Source: Nostoc sp. CCY 9925 (GTDB lineage Bacteria; Cyanobacteriota; Cyanobacteriia; Cyanobacteriales; Nostocaceae). Taken from it: a DNA stretch of 32,000 nt. The notes below the pieces were generated by a model, which worked only from the letters and a program-made list of their open reading frames with translations, ran no database searches and was not told the DNA's origin. Position numbers and translations under genes: made by a program. Below are positions 1-8,855 of this stretch, one piece after another (position 1 is the first letter of the stretch; every line of letters begins with the position of its first letter). Location: the NCBI RefSeq assembly GCF_963920935.1, contig NZ_CAWUDO010000034.1:49138-81137 (forward strand), read 5' to 3'.

Positions 1-1851
1 CAACTGTTTAACGGCTTGTTATCAGGGATTTTATTCTTTACAGTTTGGTTTGCTAATTTTGCTGAAGCCGTAGCTGAAGGGCGGGGAAAAGCTCAAGCTG
101 ATGCCCTGCGGTCTACAAAATCAGAGACGATCGCTAAAAAACTCGCTGCCGATGGCGCAGTTAGTGAAGTTTCATCCACTAGCCTCAAACAAGGCGATCA
201 TATTTACGTAGTTGCTGGCGATATTATACCCGCGGATGGTGAAGTCATCATGGGTGTTGCCTCGGTGGACGAATCGGCAATTACTGGGGAATCCGCACCA
301 GTATTAAAAGAATCAGGTTCCGATGTTGCCAGTTCCGTCACCGGTGGGACACGCATTATCTCAGATGAATTGATTATCCGCATCACATCCGACCCAGGTA
401 AAGGTTTTATTGATCGGATGATTGCCTTGGTGGAAGGCGCCGAACGCAGCAAAACACCCAATGAAATTGCTTTGACGGTGTTGTTAGCAGTTCTCAGCTT
501 AGTATTTTTGTTTGTTGTGGCGACTTTGCCTGCACTTGCCTACTATGTCAATAGTCCAGTTAGCGTCCCAATTTTGATTGCCTTATTAGTGGCATTGATC
601 CCCACCACCATCGGCGGATTACTGAGTACCATCGGCATTGCCGGTATGGATCGAGTCGCTCAATTTAACGTCATTGCCACCTCAGGACGAGCCGTAGAAG
701 CCTGTGGTGATATCAACACTCTAGTTCTTGATAAGACAGGTACAATTACCCTTGGCAACCGTTTGGCAGAAGAATTTATCCCGATCAACGATCATACTAT
801 GGCAGAAATTGCCAGTGTTGCTTGGGCAGCTAGTGTATTTGATGATACTCCAGAAGGCAAATCGATTGTGCGGTTGGCAGAAAGATTAGGGGCAAGATTT
901 GATTTTGACTCCAGTCAGGCTGAAGGAGTCGATTTTTCCGCAAAAACACGTATGAGTGGTACAAACTTACCTGGTGGACACGAAGCCAGGAAGGGAGCAG
1001 TAGGAGCTATTAAAGGATTTGTTCGTTCGCGCAACGGACGCGATACTCCAGAACTAGATGCAGCCTACGAACGAGTTTCTCACCTGGGAGGTACACCCCT
1101 AGCAGTCAGTCTAGATAACGAAATCTACGGAGTTATTTATCTTAAAGATATTGTAAAACCTGGTATCCGCGATCGCTTTGTTGCACTGCGACGTATGGGA
1201 GTGCGTACCGTCATGCTAACAGGGGATAACCGAATTACAGCTTCCGTCATTGCCAGAGAAGCTGGGGTGGATGACTTCATCGCCGAAGCCACACCAGAAG
1301 ATAAAATCAGCGTCATTCAACAAGAACAAGCAGCAGGTAAACTAGTCGCCATGACAGGGGATGGAACTAACGATGCTCCCGCATTAGCCCAAGCTAACGT
1401 CGGCGTCGCTATGAATACAGGAACCCAAGCCGCTAAAGAAGCCGCCAACATGGTAGATTTGGACTCCGATCCCACAAAATTAATCGACATTGTGAGCATT
1501 GGCAAACAATTGCTGATTACTCGCGGCGCATTGACTACATTTTCCATCGCTAATGATATTGCTAAATACTTTGCGATTATTCCAGTAATCTTTGTCGCTG
1601 CTAACCTGCAAAGCCTGAATATTATGAATTTGACCAGCCCTAATTCTGCTGTATTATCAGCACTGATTTATAACGCTTTGATTATTCCAGCATTAATTCC
1701 CTTAGCATTGAAGGGCGTGCGTTTTAGACCCTTAACAGCTAACCAGCTATTGCAACGTAACATCTTAATTTATGGTTTAGGTGGGGTAATTGCGCCGTTT
1801 ATCGCCATTAAATTTATAGATATGCTGATTACGGCTGTAGGCTTAGCTTAA
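1..1851 (+). CDS. kdpB: K+-transporting P-type ATPase subunit B (KdpB), 5'-truncated by the window edge
   Basis: Frame 1 is open from base 1, and the 'M' at 16 is a TTG inside that frame. P-type ATPase signatures are present: phosphorylation motif [13 protein letters not shown] and hinge [21 protein letters not shown], plus C-terminal TM helices. kdpC and kdpD follow on the same strand. Confidence 0.95.
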   Translation, partial: QLFNGLLSGILFFTVWFANFAEAVAEGRGKAQADALRSTKSETIAKKLAADGAVSEVSSTSLKQGDHIYVVAGDIIPADGEVIMGVASVDESAITGESAPVLKESGSDVASSVTGGTRIISDELIIRITSDPGKGFIDRMIALVEGAERSKTPNEIALTVLLAVLSLVFLFVVATLPALAYYVNSPVSVPILIALLVALIPTTIGGLLSTIGIAGMDRVAQFNVIATSGRAVEACGDINTLVLDKTGTITLGNRLAEEFIPINDHTMAEIASVAWAASVFDDTPEGKSIVRLAERLGARFDFDSSQAEGVDFSAKTRMSGTNLPGGHEARKGAVGAIKGFVRSRNGRDTPELDAAYERVSHLGGTPLAVSLDNEIYGVIYLKDIVKPGIRDRFVALRRMGVRTVMLTGDNRITASVIAREAGVDDFIAEATPEDKISVIQQEQAAGKLVAMTGDGTNDAPALAQANVGVAMNTGTQAAKEAANMVDLDSDPTKLIDIVSIGKQLLITRGALTTFSIANDIAKYFAIIPVIFVAANLQSLNIMNLTSPNSAVLSALIYNALIIPALIPLALKGVRFRPLTANQLLQRNILIYGLGGVIAPFIAIKFIDMLITAVGLA

Positions 1852-1966
1852 CAACACCAAAAGTAGAGATGCTGCCAAACAAGTGCTTCTTACCTTGGTA
1901 AGATAATGGACATTTTTGCCAGTTTGATTTTTACTTTTAGCTGTTGAGGGCATAAACAAAAGGAAT

Positions 1967-2197
1967 ATGAATAAATATAGTTGTTATTCAACAATAGACC
2001 TCTTGCAAGAAGCAGGGAAAAGGTTAAAGGGCAAAGGTAAAAGGAAAATTAAATCCCTTTCCTTCTTCCCCCTTCCCCTTCTTGATAAACAACATTTACT
2101 ACTCGCTATTTTTAGCCTGCTGTGGTTGAATGTGGTAGTTCTCCCAATTATTGATGCTGTTGACAGCATCCTATTTGGCAAAAGAATTAAAAATTAA
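1967..2197 (+). CDS. Possible small membrane protein in the kdpB-kdpC spacer (the position where kdpG lies in Anabaena kdp operons). It is doubtful because the N-terminal half is encoded by a repeat element.
   Basis: 76-aa ORF. The C-terminal part HLLLAIFSLLWLNVVVLPIIDAV is hydrophobic. Codons ~10-39 are read from the palindromic G-rich/C-rich repeat at 1995-2083. I see no convincing SD. Confidence 0.3.
   Translation: MNKYSCYSTIDLLQEAGKRLKGKGKRKIKSLSFFPLPLLDKQHLLLAIFSLLWLNVVVLPIIDAVDSILFGKRIKN
1995..2083. repeat. MITE-like palindromic repeat, same family as 19594-19732
   Basis: It contains 'tagacctcttgcaagaag', then the G-rich arm gggaaaaggttaaagggcaaaggtaaaagg (2015-2044), which faces the C-rich arm ccctttccttcttcccccttccccttctt (2055-2083). 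The element at 19594-19732 shares 'tagacctcttgcaa' and 'gggaaaaggttaaaggg'. Confidence 0.7.
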
Positions 2198-2238
2198 AAA
2201 TTAAAAATTAATTTATAGGAGCAAGTAGAAAATTTATT

Positions 2239-2841
2239 ATGGCAATTATTCGAGAAACAATCAGAGCAATTTTCATAACTCTAATGCTTTGGTTGTTGAC
2301 TGCAATCATCTATCCTCTCGTAATCCTTGTAGTGGGTCAAGTTTTCTTGCCCTACCAAGCTAATGGGAGCATCATGCGGAATTTAAATAATGAACCAATT
2401 GGCTCAGCTTTGATTGGTCAAACTTTTACATCTGAGCGATATTTCCATTCTCGCCCCAGTACTGTTAGATATAGCCAAGGAAAAAAAGCCAGGCCAACTG
2501 GCATATCTGGAGCCAGCAATCTTGCTGCTAGCAATCCAGAGTTACTCAATCGGATTATAGAGCAGTCAAATCAATTGCGAGAGGAAAATCTGGAAGCGTT
2601 CGCTGATATTATTTACACCTCTGGTTCGGGTTTAGATCCCCATATTTCCTTCAAAGCAGCCCGCCAGCAATTAGAGCGAGTAGCTCGCGCCCGTGGACTC
2701 GAGCAAGACGAAATTTTGCGTCTAATTAATAAGTATACTGATGGCAGATTTTTATGGATTTTTGGCGAACCTGGTGTCAACGTCCTGCGATTAAATTATG
2801 CTCTTGACCTACAAGATGTTAATCGTCAGCAAAATCAGTAA
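2239..2841 (+). CDS. kdpC: K+-transporting ATPase subunit C (KdpC)
   Basis: 200 aa with a single N-terminal TM helix (IFITLMLWLLTAIIYPLVILVVGQVF). It carries KdpC-typical motifs (SGSGLDPHIS, AARQQLERVA) and lies between kdpB and kdpD. Confidence 0.92.
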   Translation: MAIIRETIRAIFITLMLWLLTAIIYPLVILVVGQVFLPYQANGSIMRNLNNEPIGSALIGQTFTSERYFHSRPSTVRYSQGKKARPTGISGASNLAASNPELLNRIIEQSNQLREENLEAFADIIYTSGSGLDPHISFKAARQQLERVARARGLEQDEILRLINKYTDGRFLWIFGEPGVNVLRLNYALDLQDVNRQQNQ

Positions 2842-3045
2842 ATGGGGCATTCGGCATTGAGCATTGGCTATGGGTACTGCTCAGTTAGAAATTGAGAGTA
2901 AGATTTATCGTAAATAAAAGGGTTTAAGACCCCTACCTCTACAGGTAGCCCCAGTTTCAGTCGGGGTTTAAATCCCCCGGAGTTGCTCCTCTTGGGGAGA
3001 CCCCAAGACCGCACTCCTCTTCGTCTGAAATTGTCTTTAATGCGT

Positions 3046-3111
3046 GAATTTTGAATTTTGAATTGTTAATTTCCCCCTGCCTCCCCTGCCTCCCTCATCC
3101 CCACTCCCTGC
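3046..3111. repeat. STRR-type heptamer repeats (GAATTTT x3, then a CCCCTGC-like C-rich heptamer run)
   Basis: gaattttgaattttgaattg at 3046-3066. ccccctgcctcccctgcctccctcatccccactccctgc at ~3071-3111, with C-runs spaced 7 nt apart. Confidence 0.8.
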
Positions 3112-3133
3112 AATAATAGGTACTAAAACTGAG

Positions 3134-4282
3134 ATGTCAGATAATACTGGTTTGTCTGGGAATGCGCCTTTAAATTCTGTAAGTTACTCGCTTTATCCGC
3201 CACGGCGAGGTAAGCATAAAATCTTTATTGGTATGGCTCCTGGGGTAGGCAAAACCTACCGGATGTTGGAAGAGGGACACGCACTCAAACAAGAAGGAAT
3301 TGATGTCGTTGTTGGGCTTTTGGAAACCCACGGACGTAAGGAAACAGCAGACAAGGGAGAAGGACTAGAGATTGTACCTCGCAAGAAATATCCTCGCGGT
3401 GAGTTGATGCTAACCGACATGGATACAGATGCTATTGTAAAGCGATCGCCCCAATTAGTCTTAATCGATGAACTTGCCCATACTAATGTCCCTGGTTCCC
3501 CACGCGAAAAACGCTACGAAGATGTAGAAGTAGTCTTGACGGCAGGTATCGATGTTTACTCGACAATGAATGTCCAACATCTGGAAAGTCTCAATGACTT
3601 AGTAGCCAGAATTACCGGAGTTGTAGTCCGCGAACGTGTTCCTGATAGGATTCTGGATGAAGCGGATGAAGTAGTGTTAGTCGATGTGACCCCGGAAACA
3701 CTACAAGAACGATTATTAGAAGGCAAGATTTACGCACCGCAAAAAATCCAACAATCCCTCGATAACTTTTTCCAACGTCGTAATTTAATTGCTTTGCGCG
3801 AGTTGGCTTTACGAGAAGTCGCAGACAACGTAGAAGAAAACGCCATCGCCACTACCCCAAATGGACAATTTTGTAACATTCACGAACGAGTATTAGTATG
3901 TGTATCTACTTATCCTAACTCTGTGCAACTGTTACGCCGTGGTGCGAGAATTGCGAACTATATGAATGCACCCCTGTATACTTTGTTTGTTGCCGATCCA
4001 GAACGCTTCCTTACTAAAGAGGAAAGTTTACACATCCACACTTGTGAAAAATTGTGTAAAGAATTTGAAGGGACTTTTATTCGAGTAACTAATAGTAACG
4101 TAGCTAATGCGATCGCCGAAACAGCAGAGAAATATCGGATTACTCAAATTGTAATTGGAGAAAGTCAGCGATCGCGCTGGCAAATACTCCTGAAAGGCTC
4201 TTTAACGCAAAAATTGGTGCGCTTGCTCAAAAATATTGATTTACATATCATTGCTAGCGAAAAAATGGTTTCACCTAAATAG
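3134..4282 (+). CDS. kdpD: Short KdpD: KdpD N-terminal sensor domain plus Usp-like domain, with no histidine-kinase part
   Basis: It has a Walker-A-like GMAPGVGKTYRMLEEG, then LIDELAHTN and YSTMNVQHLESLND, which are typical of the KdpD N-terminal domain. The C-terminal part resembles a universal stress protein (RVLVCVS...ITQIVIGES). The protein ends at 382 aa without TM or HisKA/HATPase regions, as is known for Anabaena-type kdpD. Confidence 0.9.
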   Translation: MSDNTGLSGNAPLNSVSYSLYPPRRGKHKIFIGMAPGVGKTYRMLEEGHALKQEGIDVVVGLLETHGRKETADKGEGLEIVPRKKYPRGELMLTDMDTDAIVKRSPQLVLIDELAHTNVPGSPREKRYEDVEVVLTAGIDVYSTMNVQHLESLNDLVARITGVVVRERVPDRILDEADEVVLVDVTPETLQERLLEGKIYAPQKIQQSLDNFFQRRNLIALRELALREVADNVEENAIATTPNGQFCNIHERVLVCVSTYPNSVQLLRRGARIANYMNAPLYTLFVADPERFLTKEESLHIHTCEKLCKEFEGTFIRVTNSNVANAIAETAEKYRITQIVIGESQRSRWQILLKGSLTQKLVRLLKNIDLHIIASEKMVSPK

Positions 4283-4411
4283 CCCTTTTCTTCTTAAAAG
4301 GCAATGGGTAAATCCCATAATTAAAATTAACCTGAATTCGGTGGCTCATATATTGTCTGCCCAATTTACTCCATCAAAAAACTTCTTAAAGGTTTTACTA
4401 GACAAAACCGT

Positions 4412-4432
4412 CCCTCTCCGACTCGGAGAGGG
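4412..4432 (-). terminator. Candidate intrinsic terminator for the DegT-family gene, possibly bidirectional
   Basis: Perfect 10-bp stem ccctctccga / tcggagaggg with a 1-nt centre, 50 nt beyond the - strand stop at 4482. On the - strand RNA the stem is followed by ACGGUUUUGUC. There is no U-tract on the + strand side. Confidence 0.45.
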
Positions 4433-4481
4433 ATAGGCTTGAACTAAACTTCAAGGCAGGGAGAGGTTAGTCGAACTCACG

Positions 4482-5630
4482 TTAATTCAAGCAATCTTTT
4501 AGCGCATAAATCACCTGGTCTTGCTGTTGTTGTGTCAGTTCTGGGAACATAGGCAAAGATATAACTTCATGACAGGCTTGCTCTGCCACTGGTAAGTCAC
4601 CAATTTGATAGCCCAAATTTTGATAAACTGGCTGCAAGTGTAAAGGGTAAGGGTAGTAAATCATTGAACTGACGCCTTGGTCTTGCAATTGAGTACGTAC
4701 CCAATCTCGATATTTGGCGCTGGCGCCATTTCGTTTTTCGCCTGATATGCGAATAGTATATTGGTTCCATACCCCAAAACCGCCTGGTAATTCTTGGGGT
4801 GGAACGATGGCGGGAATTTGACTCAGGAATTGATAGTAATAATTGGCAATTTCTCGCCGCCGTTCATTCCAAATATCCAAATAACGCAATTTAATTTGCA
4901 AAATAGCCGCTTGTAGAGCATCCAAGCGGCTATTTACACCTATTTCCTCGTGCAAATATCGAATTTTACTTCCATGATCTCGTAGGATTCTCAGTTTTGC
5001 GGCGATCGCTGGATCTTTAGTCGTTATTGCTCCGCCATCACCGCAACCACCAAGATTTTTGGTAGGGTAGAAACTAAAGCAACCAATATGTCCAATGCTT
5101 CCGACTTTTTGATCGCCCCACATTGCGCCTGTAGATTGAGCGCAATCTTCAATTACTGACAAATTGTGAGTCAGAGCGATCGCCATCAATGATGTCATAT
5201 CCACTGGTTGCCCAAATAGGTGAACCGGGATAATCGCTTTGGTTTTTGGTGTAATCGCCGCTGCTACTTGCTCTACATCTAAATTAAATGTAGTAGCATC
5301 AATATCAACGAAAACAGGTTTTGCACCCACGGCGCTAATCACTTCAGAAGTAGCGATAAAAGTGAAAGGCGTTGTGATCACCTCATCGCCTGCACCAATT
5401 CCCAAGACTCGTAGAGCTAAATAGAGGGCATCAGTACCAGAATTACAAGCTACACATTGACTAACACCATGATAGGCGGCAAACTGTTGCTCGAAGCCTT
5501 CGACTAAAGGGCCACCGATATAACGGCCAGAAGCCAGAACTTCTAAGACGGCTGCACTTACTTCTGCTTCGATGCTAGTGTATTGTTGCTTGATGTCAAA
5601 AGCAGGGACGGGATTTACGCTTTGGATCAT
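4482..5630 (-). CDS. DegT/DnrJ/EryC1/StrS-family PLP-dependent sugar aminotransferase
   Basis: 382 aa. N-terminal FDIKQQY...IEAEV...VLASGRYIGGPLVEGFEQQFAAYHG, SGTDALYLAL, a PLP-lysine context FSFYPTKNLG and C-terminal ISLPMFPELT are all typical of the family. Confidence 0.9.
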   Translation of the reverse strand: MIQSVNPVPAFDIKQQYTSIEAEVSAAVLEVLASGRYIGGPLVEGFEQQFAAYHGVSQCVACNSGTDALYLALRVLGIGAGDEVITTPFTFIATSEVISAVGAKPVFVDIDATTFNLDVEQVAAAITPKTKAIIPVHLFGQPVDMTSLMAIALTHNLSVIEDCAQSTGAMWGDQKVGSIGHIGCFSFYPTKNLGGCGDGGAITTKDPAIAAKLRILRDHGSKIRYLHEEIGVNSRLDALQAAILQIKLRYLDIWNERRREIANYYYQFLSQIPAIVPPQELPGGFGVWNQYTIRISGEKRNGASAKYRDWVRTQLQDQGVSSMIYYPYPLHLQPVYQNLGYQIGDLPVAEQACHEVISLPMFPELTQQQQDQVIYALKDCLN

Positions 5631-5953
5631 GAGTTTTTATTTTATCGGAAGATACAAAGGATGCACTTCGAGAGTCAATTTTTGCTGATTGAATTGTTAA
5701 TCAAAGAGCTGTTCAAAGACTATCGCCCAAATTAGGCATCTATTAGGGTTTTTGCTTAAATTGTGGTGTAGTCAACTACTGCACGTTTAATTACAGATAG
5801 TAGTGTTACTAAGTGATTACCATGTTAAAGTTGTACCATTTTGAATTTTGAATTGATGAAGGTGATGTATATCAACCAAGAGCCAACACATCGACCCAAA
5901 GTTCCATGTGTAGGTGCTGCTGTGAGAAAAAAATACCAGGAGATAGAAAACCC

Positions 5954-6730
5954 ATGCAGGATCTAATCGAGCTAGATTTTGTGGATTTAGGTATTGCTTT
6001 AGGATTAATGGCGATCGCCATTGGCGTATCTATCTGGGAAAAATTAGGACTAGAGTTGAACTTAGCCCTTGCTACTGGAAGAACCATCTTACAACTACTT
6101 GTATTGGGATACATTCTAGATTTCATCTTTGCTTTGGACAATGCTTGGGCGGTTTTGGCAATATTAGCAATTATGCTGACGATTACGGCGATTGTCGCAC
6201 GAAATCGCATCAGCCAAAAGATACCTTATGTATTACCTTTGGTCTGGGGTGCAATTTTCATCAGTACTGTTCTAACAGTGCTTTACACCAACTTCTTGAT
6301 TCTGCAACCAAACAGATGGTATCAAGCACAGTACGTGATTCCCTTAGCAGGAATAGTCATAGGTAATGCCATGAACGCAGCGGCGATCGCCGGGGAACGC
6401 CTTGTCAGCACTATTAATTCCAGCCATCTCGAAATAGAAACCCACTTGAGCTTAGGCGCAACTCCAGAGCAAGCAGTTAGCCAGTATCGCAAAGACGCCA
6501 TCAGAGTTGCATTGATTCCAACTCTCAATCAAATGATACTTATAGGTATGGTGGCAATACCAGGAATTACCACAGGTCAGTTACTAGCTGGTGTGAAGCC
6601 TTTGGATGCAGTATCCTACGAAATTTTAATTACATTCATGGTTGCTTTTGCTAATTTACTGACCACAGTTTTGCTGACTAAGGGATTGTGTCGTCAGTTT
6701 TTTAATTTTGCCGCGCAGTTAATCAGGTGA
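5954..6730 (+). CDS. UPF0014/FetB (YbbM)-type ABC-transporter-like permease
   Basis: Polytopic membrane protein with family-like segments (LALATGRTILQLLVLGYIL, IPLAGIVIGNAMNAAAIAGERL, ETHLSLGATPEQA, IPTLNQMILIGMVAIPGITTGQLLAG). I chose the start at ATG 5954 (MQDLIELDF). The upstream extension MCRCCCEKK from 5906 looks non-genic. Confidence 0.8.
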   Translation: MQDLIELDFVDLGIALGLMAIAIGVSIWEKLGLELNLALATGRTILQLLVLGYILDFIFALDNAWAVLAILAIMLTITAIVARNRISQKIPYVLPLVWGAIFISTVLTVLYTNFLILQPNRWYQAQYVIPLAGIVIGNAMNAAAIAGERLVSTINSSHLEIETHLSLGATPEQAVSQYRKDAIRVALIPTLNQMILIGMVAIPGITTGQLLAGVKPLDAVSYEILITFMVAFANLLTTVLLTKGLCRQFFNFAAQLIR

Positions 6731-6744
6731 AGCAGTAATCTATA

Positions 6745-6954
6745 GCAGGGAACAGGCAATAGGCAAAGAAAGTATTTTAGCCTTCAGATTTTACGATCGC
6801 GTTATGTCCTAAACTATACTTCAACTGCTACACATCCAAAAGTCAAAAAGAATTACATTGTATAGGAATCCGGTTTGATTTCTGAAAAAAATCCGTACAC
6901 TTCTAATCCCTTTCTTTCTTCACTATTGCCTATTGCCTATTGCCTGTTCCCTGC
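6745..6954. repeat. Inverted repeat built on CTATTGC heptamers, bracketing ~140 bp between convergent genes
   Basis: Left arm gcagggaacaggcaataggcaaagaaag (6745-6772). Right arm ctttctttcttcactattgcctattgcctattgcctgttccctgc (6911-6954). The outer ~19 nt are perfectly complementary. Confidence 0.8.
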
Positions 6955-7064
6955 TTGTACGAGTAATTTCAAAAATCAAATACTAGTTCTATATTATCTC
7001 TATGTATTGAAGTTAGAAGTAAAAATAAAAACTCCTAACTCTTAACTTATCACTCATAACTTTT

Positions 7065-8855
7065 TTACCCTCCCAAAGTCCGCGTATAAATTACCTGACC
7101 TTGAGAATCATAGAGAAAAAGAGACAAATTGGCATTGTCACTAATTACAGCTAGGGCTTCCTGTAAGATTTGTAAGTGAGTAGTAAAGTCAACACCATTA
7201 TCCGAGTTTTCAGAATCAGGATTAGCCGAACTATTTTGCCTTAATTGGTCATACTCACGGGTTAACCGGACAATAATTCCAGCATTGTCCATACTAAAGG
7301 TGCAAATCCGAATTCCATTAATACAGGTTTTATCTAAGTCAGCGCGGGTTTGTTGCAAACCACTAACAACTTGTACTTTTTCTTGTGCTTGTTTGAAGGC
7401 TGTTGAGTAGGGTTCAATCAAGGACTGAGCCTGAGTGTAATACAAACTATCTTGGGAAACTTTTTTAGCAGTTTCCAAAGCCTGCTCCCAGTATGTCGCT
7501 GCTGCTTGCCATTGATTTTGTTGTTGATAGACCTTGGCTTGGTTGGCGGTGCTAACAGCTTGTTGGTAAGTTCTAGCAGCTAATTGCTCTTTAGTAGCGC
7601 GATCGCGTGCTGTTACTAACTTGGGTTTATAGTCTAGCAACAAATTTTGGGCTTCTTGATATGCAGGGCTAGTCTGGGGAATTACCCTCAAGGCATTAAT
7701 GACTACCTGCCAGTTAGATTGTACCTTTTGCCAGTCCTTCAAGGATTTAGCACTAGCTTGGCGACTTTCGGCTGTATTGGCTACATCTTTTGCTGCTGCT
7801 AGTTTTTTCAGCCATTTTTCTTCAGTTTGCATCTGCTGATTCACAGTGTGCAGACTAATACGATAACTAAATAATTTTGCTTGTATTAGTGGATAAAGTT
7901 CACTATTGGGAGTTATAGCCTCTAGTGGTGCGATCGCCTGTCGCCATAAATGTTGTCTACCTTGTATTTCTTCTAAACTACGTGCGGGAGTTTTAATTTT
8001 TTCTGCCGCCAAAGATGCCGTTTGTAAAGCCTTAACTACTTGGTTGATTTTTTCTGACCGTCCAGACAAACTTGCTTTGAGTTCTTCTGACATCTGGTAA
8101 CGGGGTGACCAACTAGGAATTGCACTCAAGGCTGCGCTAGCCGCTGTCAGTCGCTGCTGTACTGCCATTAATTCTTTTTCCGACTTGGCGCGACGCATCA
8201 ATTGGGGGGATTTTGTTTTTAATTGTTCGGCAACTTGTATTTCTTTACACTCAGACATCACACAAGGGCGAGTCAGTAAATAGCCAGCAATGCCTAAACC
8301 AACAATTCCCACCAAGGCTACACCTACGAAGATGGGTTTGACTTGGCGTGCTGGCTTAGAAGCCGGCAAATTCGGTGCATCTGCAAATGGGTCAAATACT
8401 TCCTCTTCTTCAGTTTCATCCAGCGATGGAAAATAGGTTAGAGCTGATGAGGAAGATGAAGAGGAAAACGAAGATATTACTTCCTCATCCCCCCCTGCTC
8501 CCCTTACTTCCCCAGATCCCCAGACCCCCACCTCCCCATCATTCGATTCCGCCCTCTGCTTGAGAGCGAGAAAACGTTTGGCATAAGGAAGTTGTTCGCC
8601 AAAAACTCTGAGGAAACATTGTACTCGTTGCTCTCTGTAGGGTGCTAAAGACTGAAGTGCGTCTTCAATGACTGCAAAGATCGCCTGAGCATCAACTATT
8701 ACACCTGATGGGTGTTGGGTTAAAATCATTAGCTCGTCTTTATTGACGGCACACTTAACTTGAAAGACTCCAGCCAATGGGACTTCTACAAGCAATTGTT
8801 CCTGCAAAGTTTTGGCTAAAAGCTGTAAATCTTCCTGCTGAACTGCTACTTTCAT
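7065..8855 (-). CDS. Hypothetical membrane-anchored protein (N-terminal globular part, acidic/poly-Ser linker, one TM helix, long helical Q/A/K-rich C-terminal region)
   Basis: The 596-aa ORF is uninterrupted. The TM helix is IFVGVALVGIVGLGIAGYLL. I recognised no catalytic motif. Confidence 0.75.
   Translation of the reverse strand: MKVAVQQEDLQLLAKTLQEQLLVEVPLAGVFQVKCAVNKDELMILTQHPSGVIVDAQAIFAVIEDALQSLAPYREQRVQCFLRVFGEQLPYAKRFLALKQRAESNDGEVGVWGSGEVRGAGGDEEVISSFSSSSSSSALTYFPSLDETEEEEVFDPFADAPNLPASKPARQVKPIFVGVALVGIVGLGIAGYLLTRPCVMSECKEIQVAEQLKTKSPQLMRRAKSEKELMAVQQRLTAASAALSAIPSWSPRYQMSEELKASLSGRSEKINQVVKALQTASLAAEKIKTPARSLEEIQGRQHLWRQAIAPLEAITPNSELYPLIQAKLFSYRISLHTVNQQMQTEEKWLKKLAAAKDVANTAESRQASAKSLKDWQKVQSNWQVVINALRVIPQTSPAYQEAQNLLLDYKPKLVTARDRATKEQLAARTYQQAVSTANQAKVYQQQNQWQAAATYWEQALETAKKVSQDSLYYTQAQSLIEPYSTAFKQAQEKVQVVSGLQQTRADLDKTCINGIRICTFSMDNAGIIVRLTREYDQLRQNSSANPDSENSDNGVDFTTHLQILQEALAVISDNANLSLFLYDSQGQVIYTRTLGG

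Noticed and set aside
4236-4436. 66-aa ORF 4236..4436 overlapping the kdpD 3' end and the terminator hairpin
   Set aside because: It starts inside kdpD in another frame, runs through the palindrome at 4412-4432, and has no SD or recognisable domain.
5872-6528. ORFs 5872..6210 (-), 6145..6366 (+) and 6322..6528 (-) overlapping the fetB-like gene
   Set aside because: The + strand frame at 5954..6730 gives a coherent polytopic permease. The others are off-frame or antisense with odd composition.
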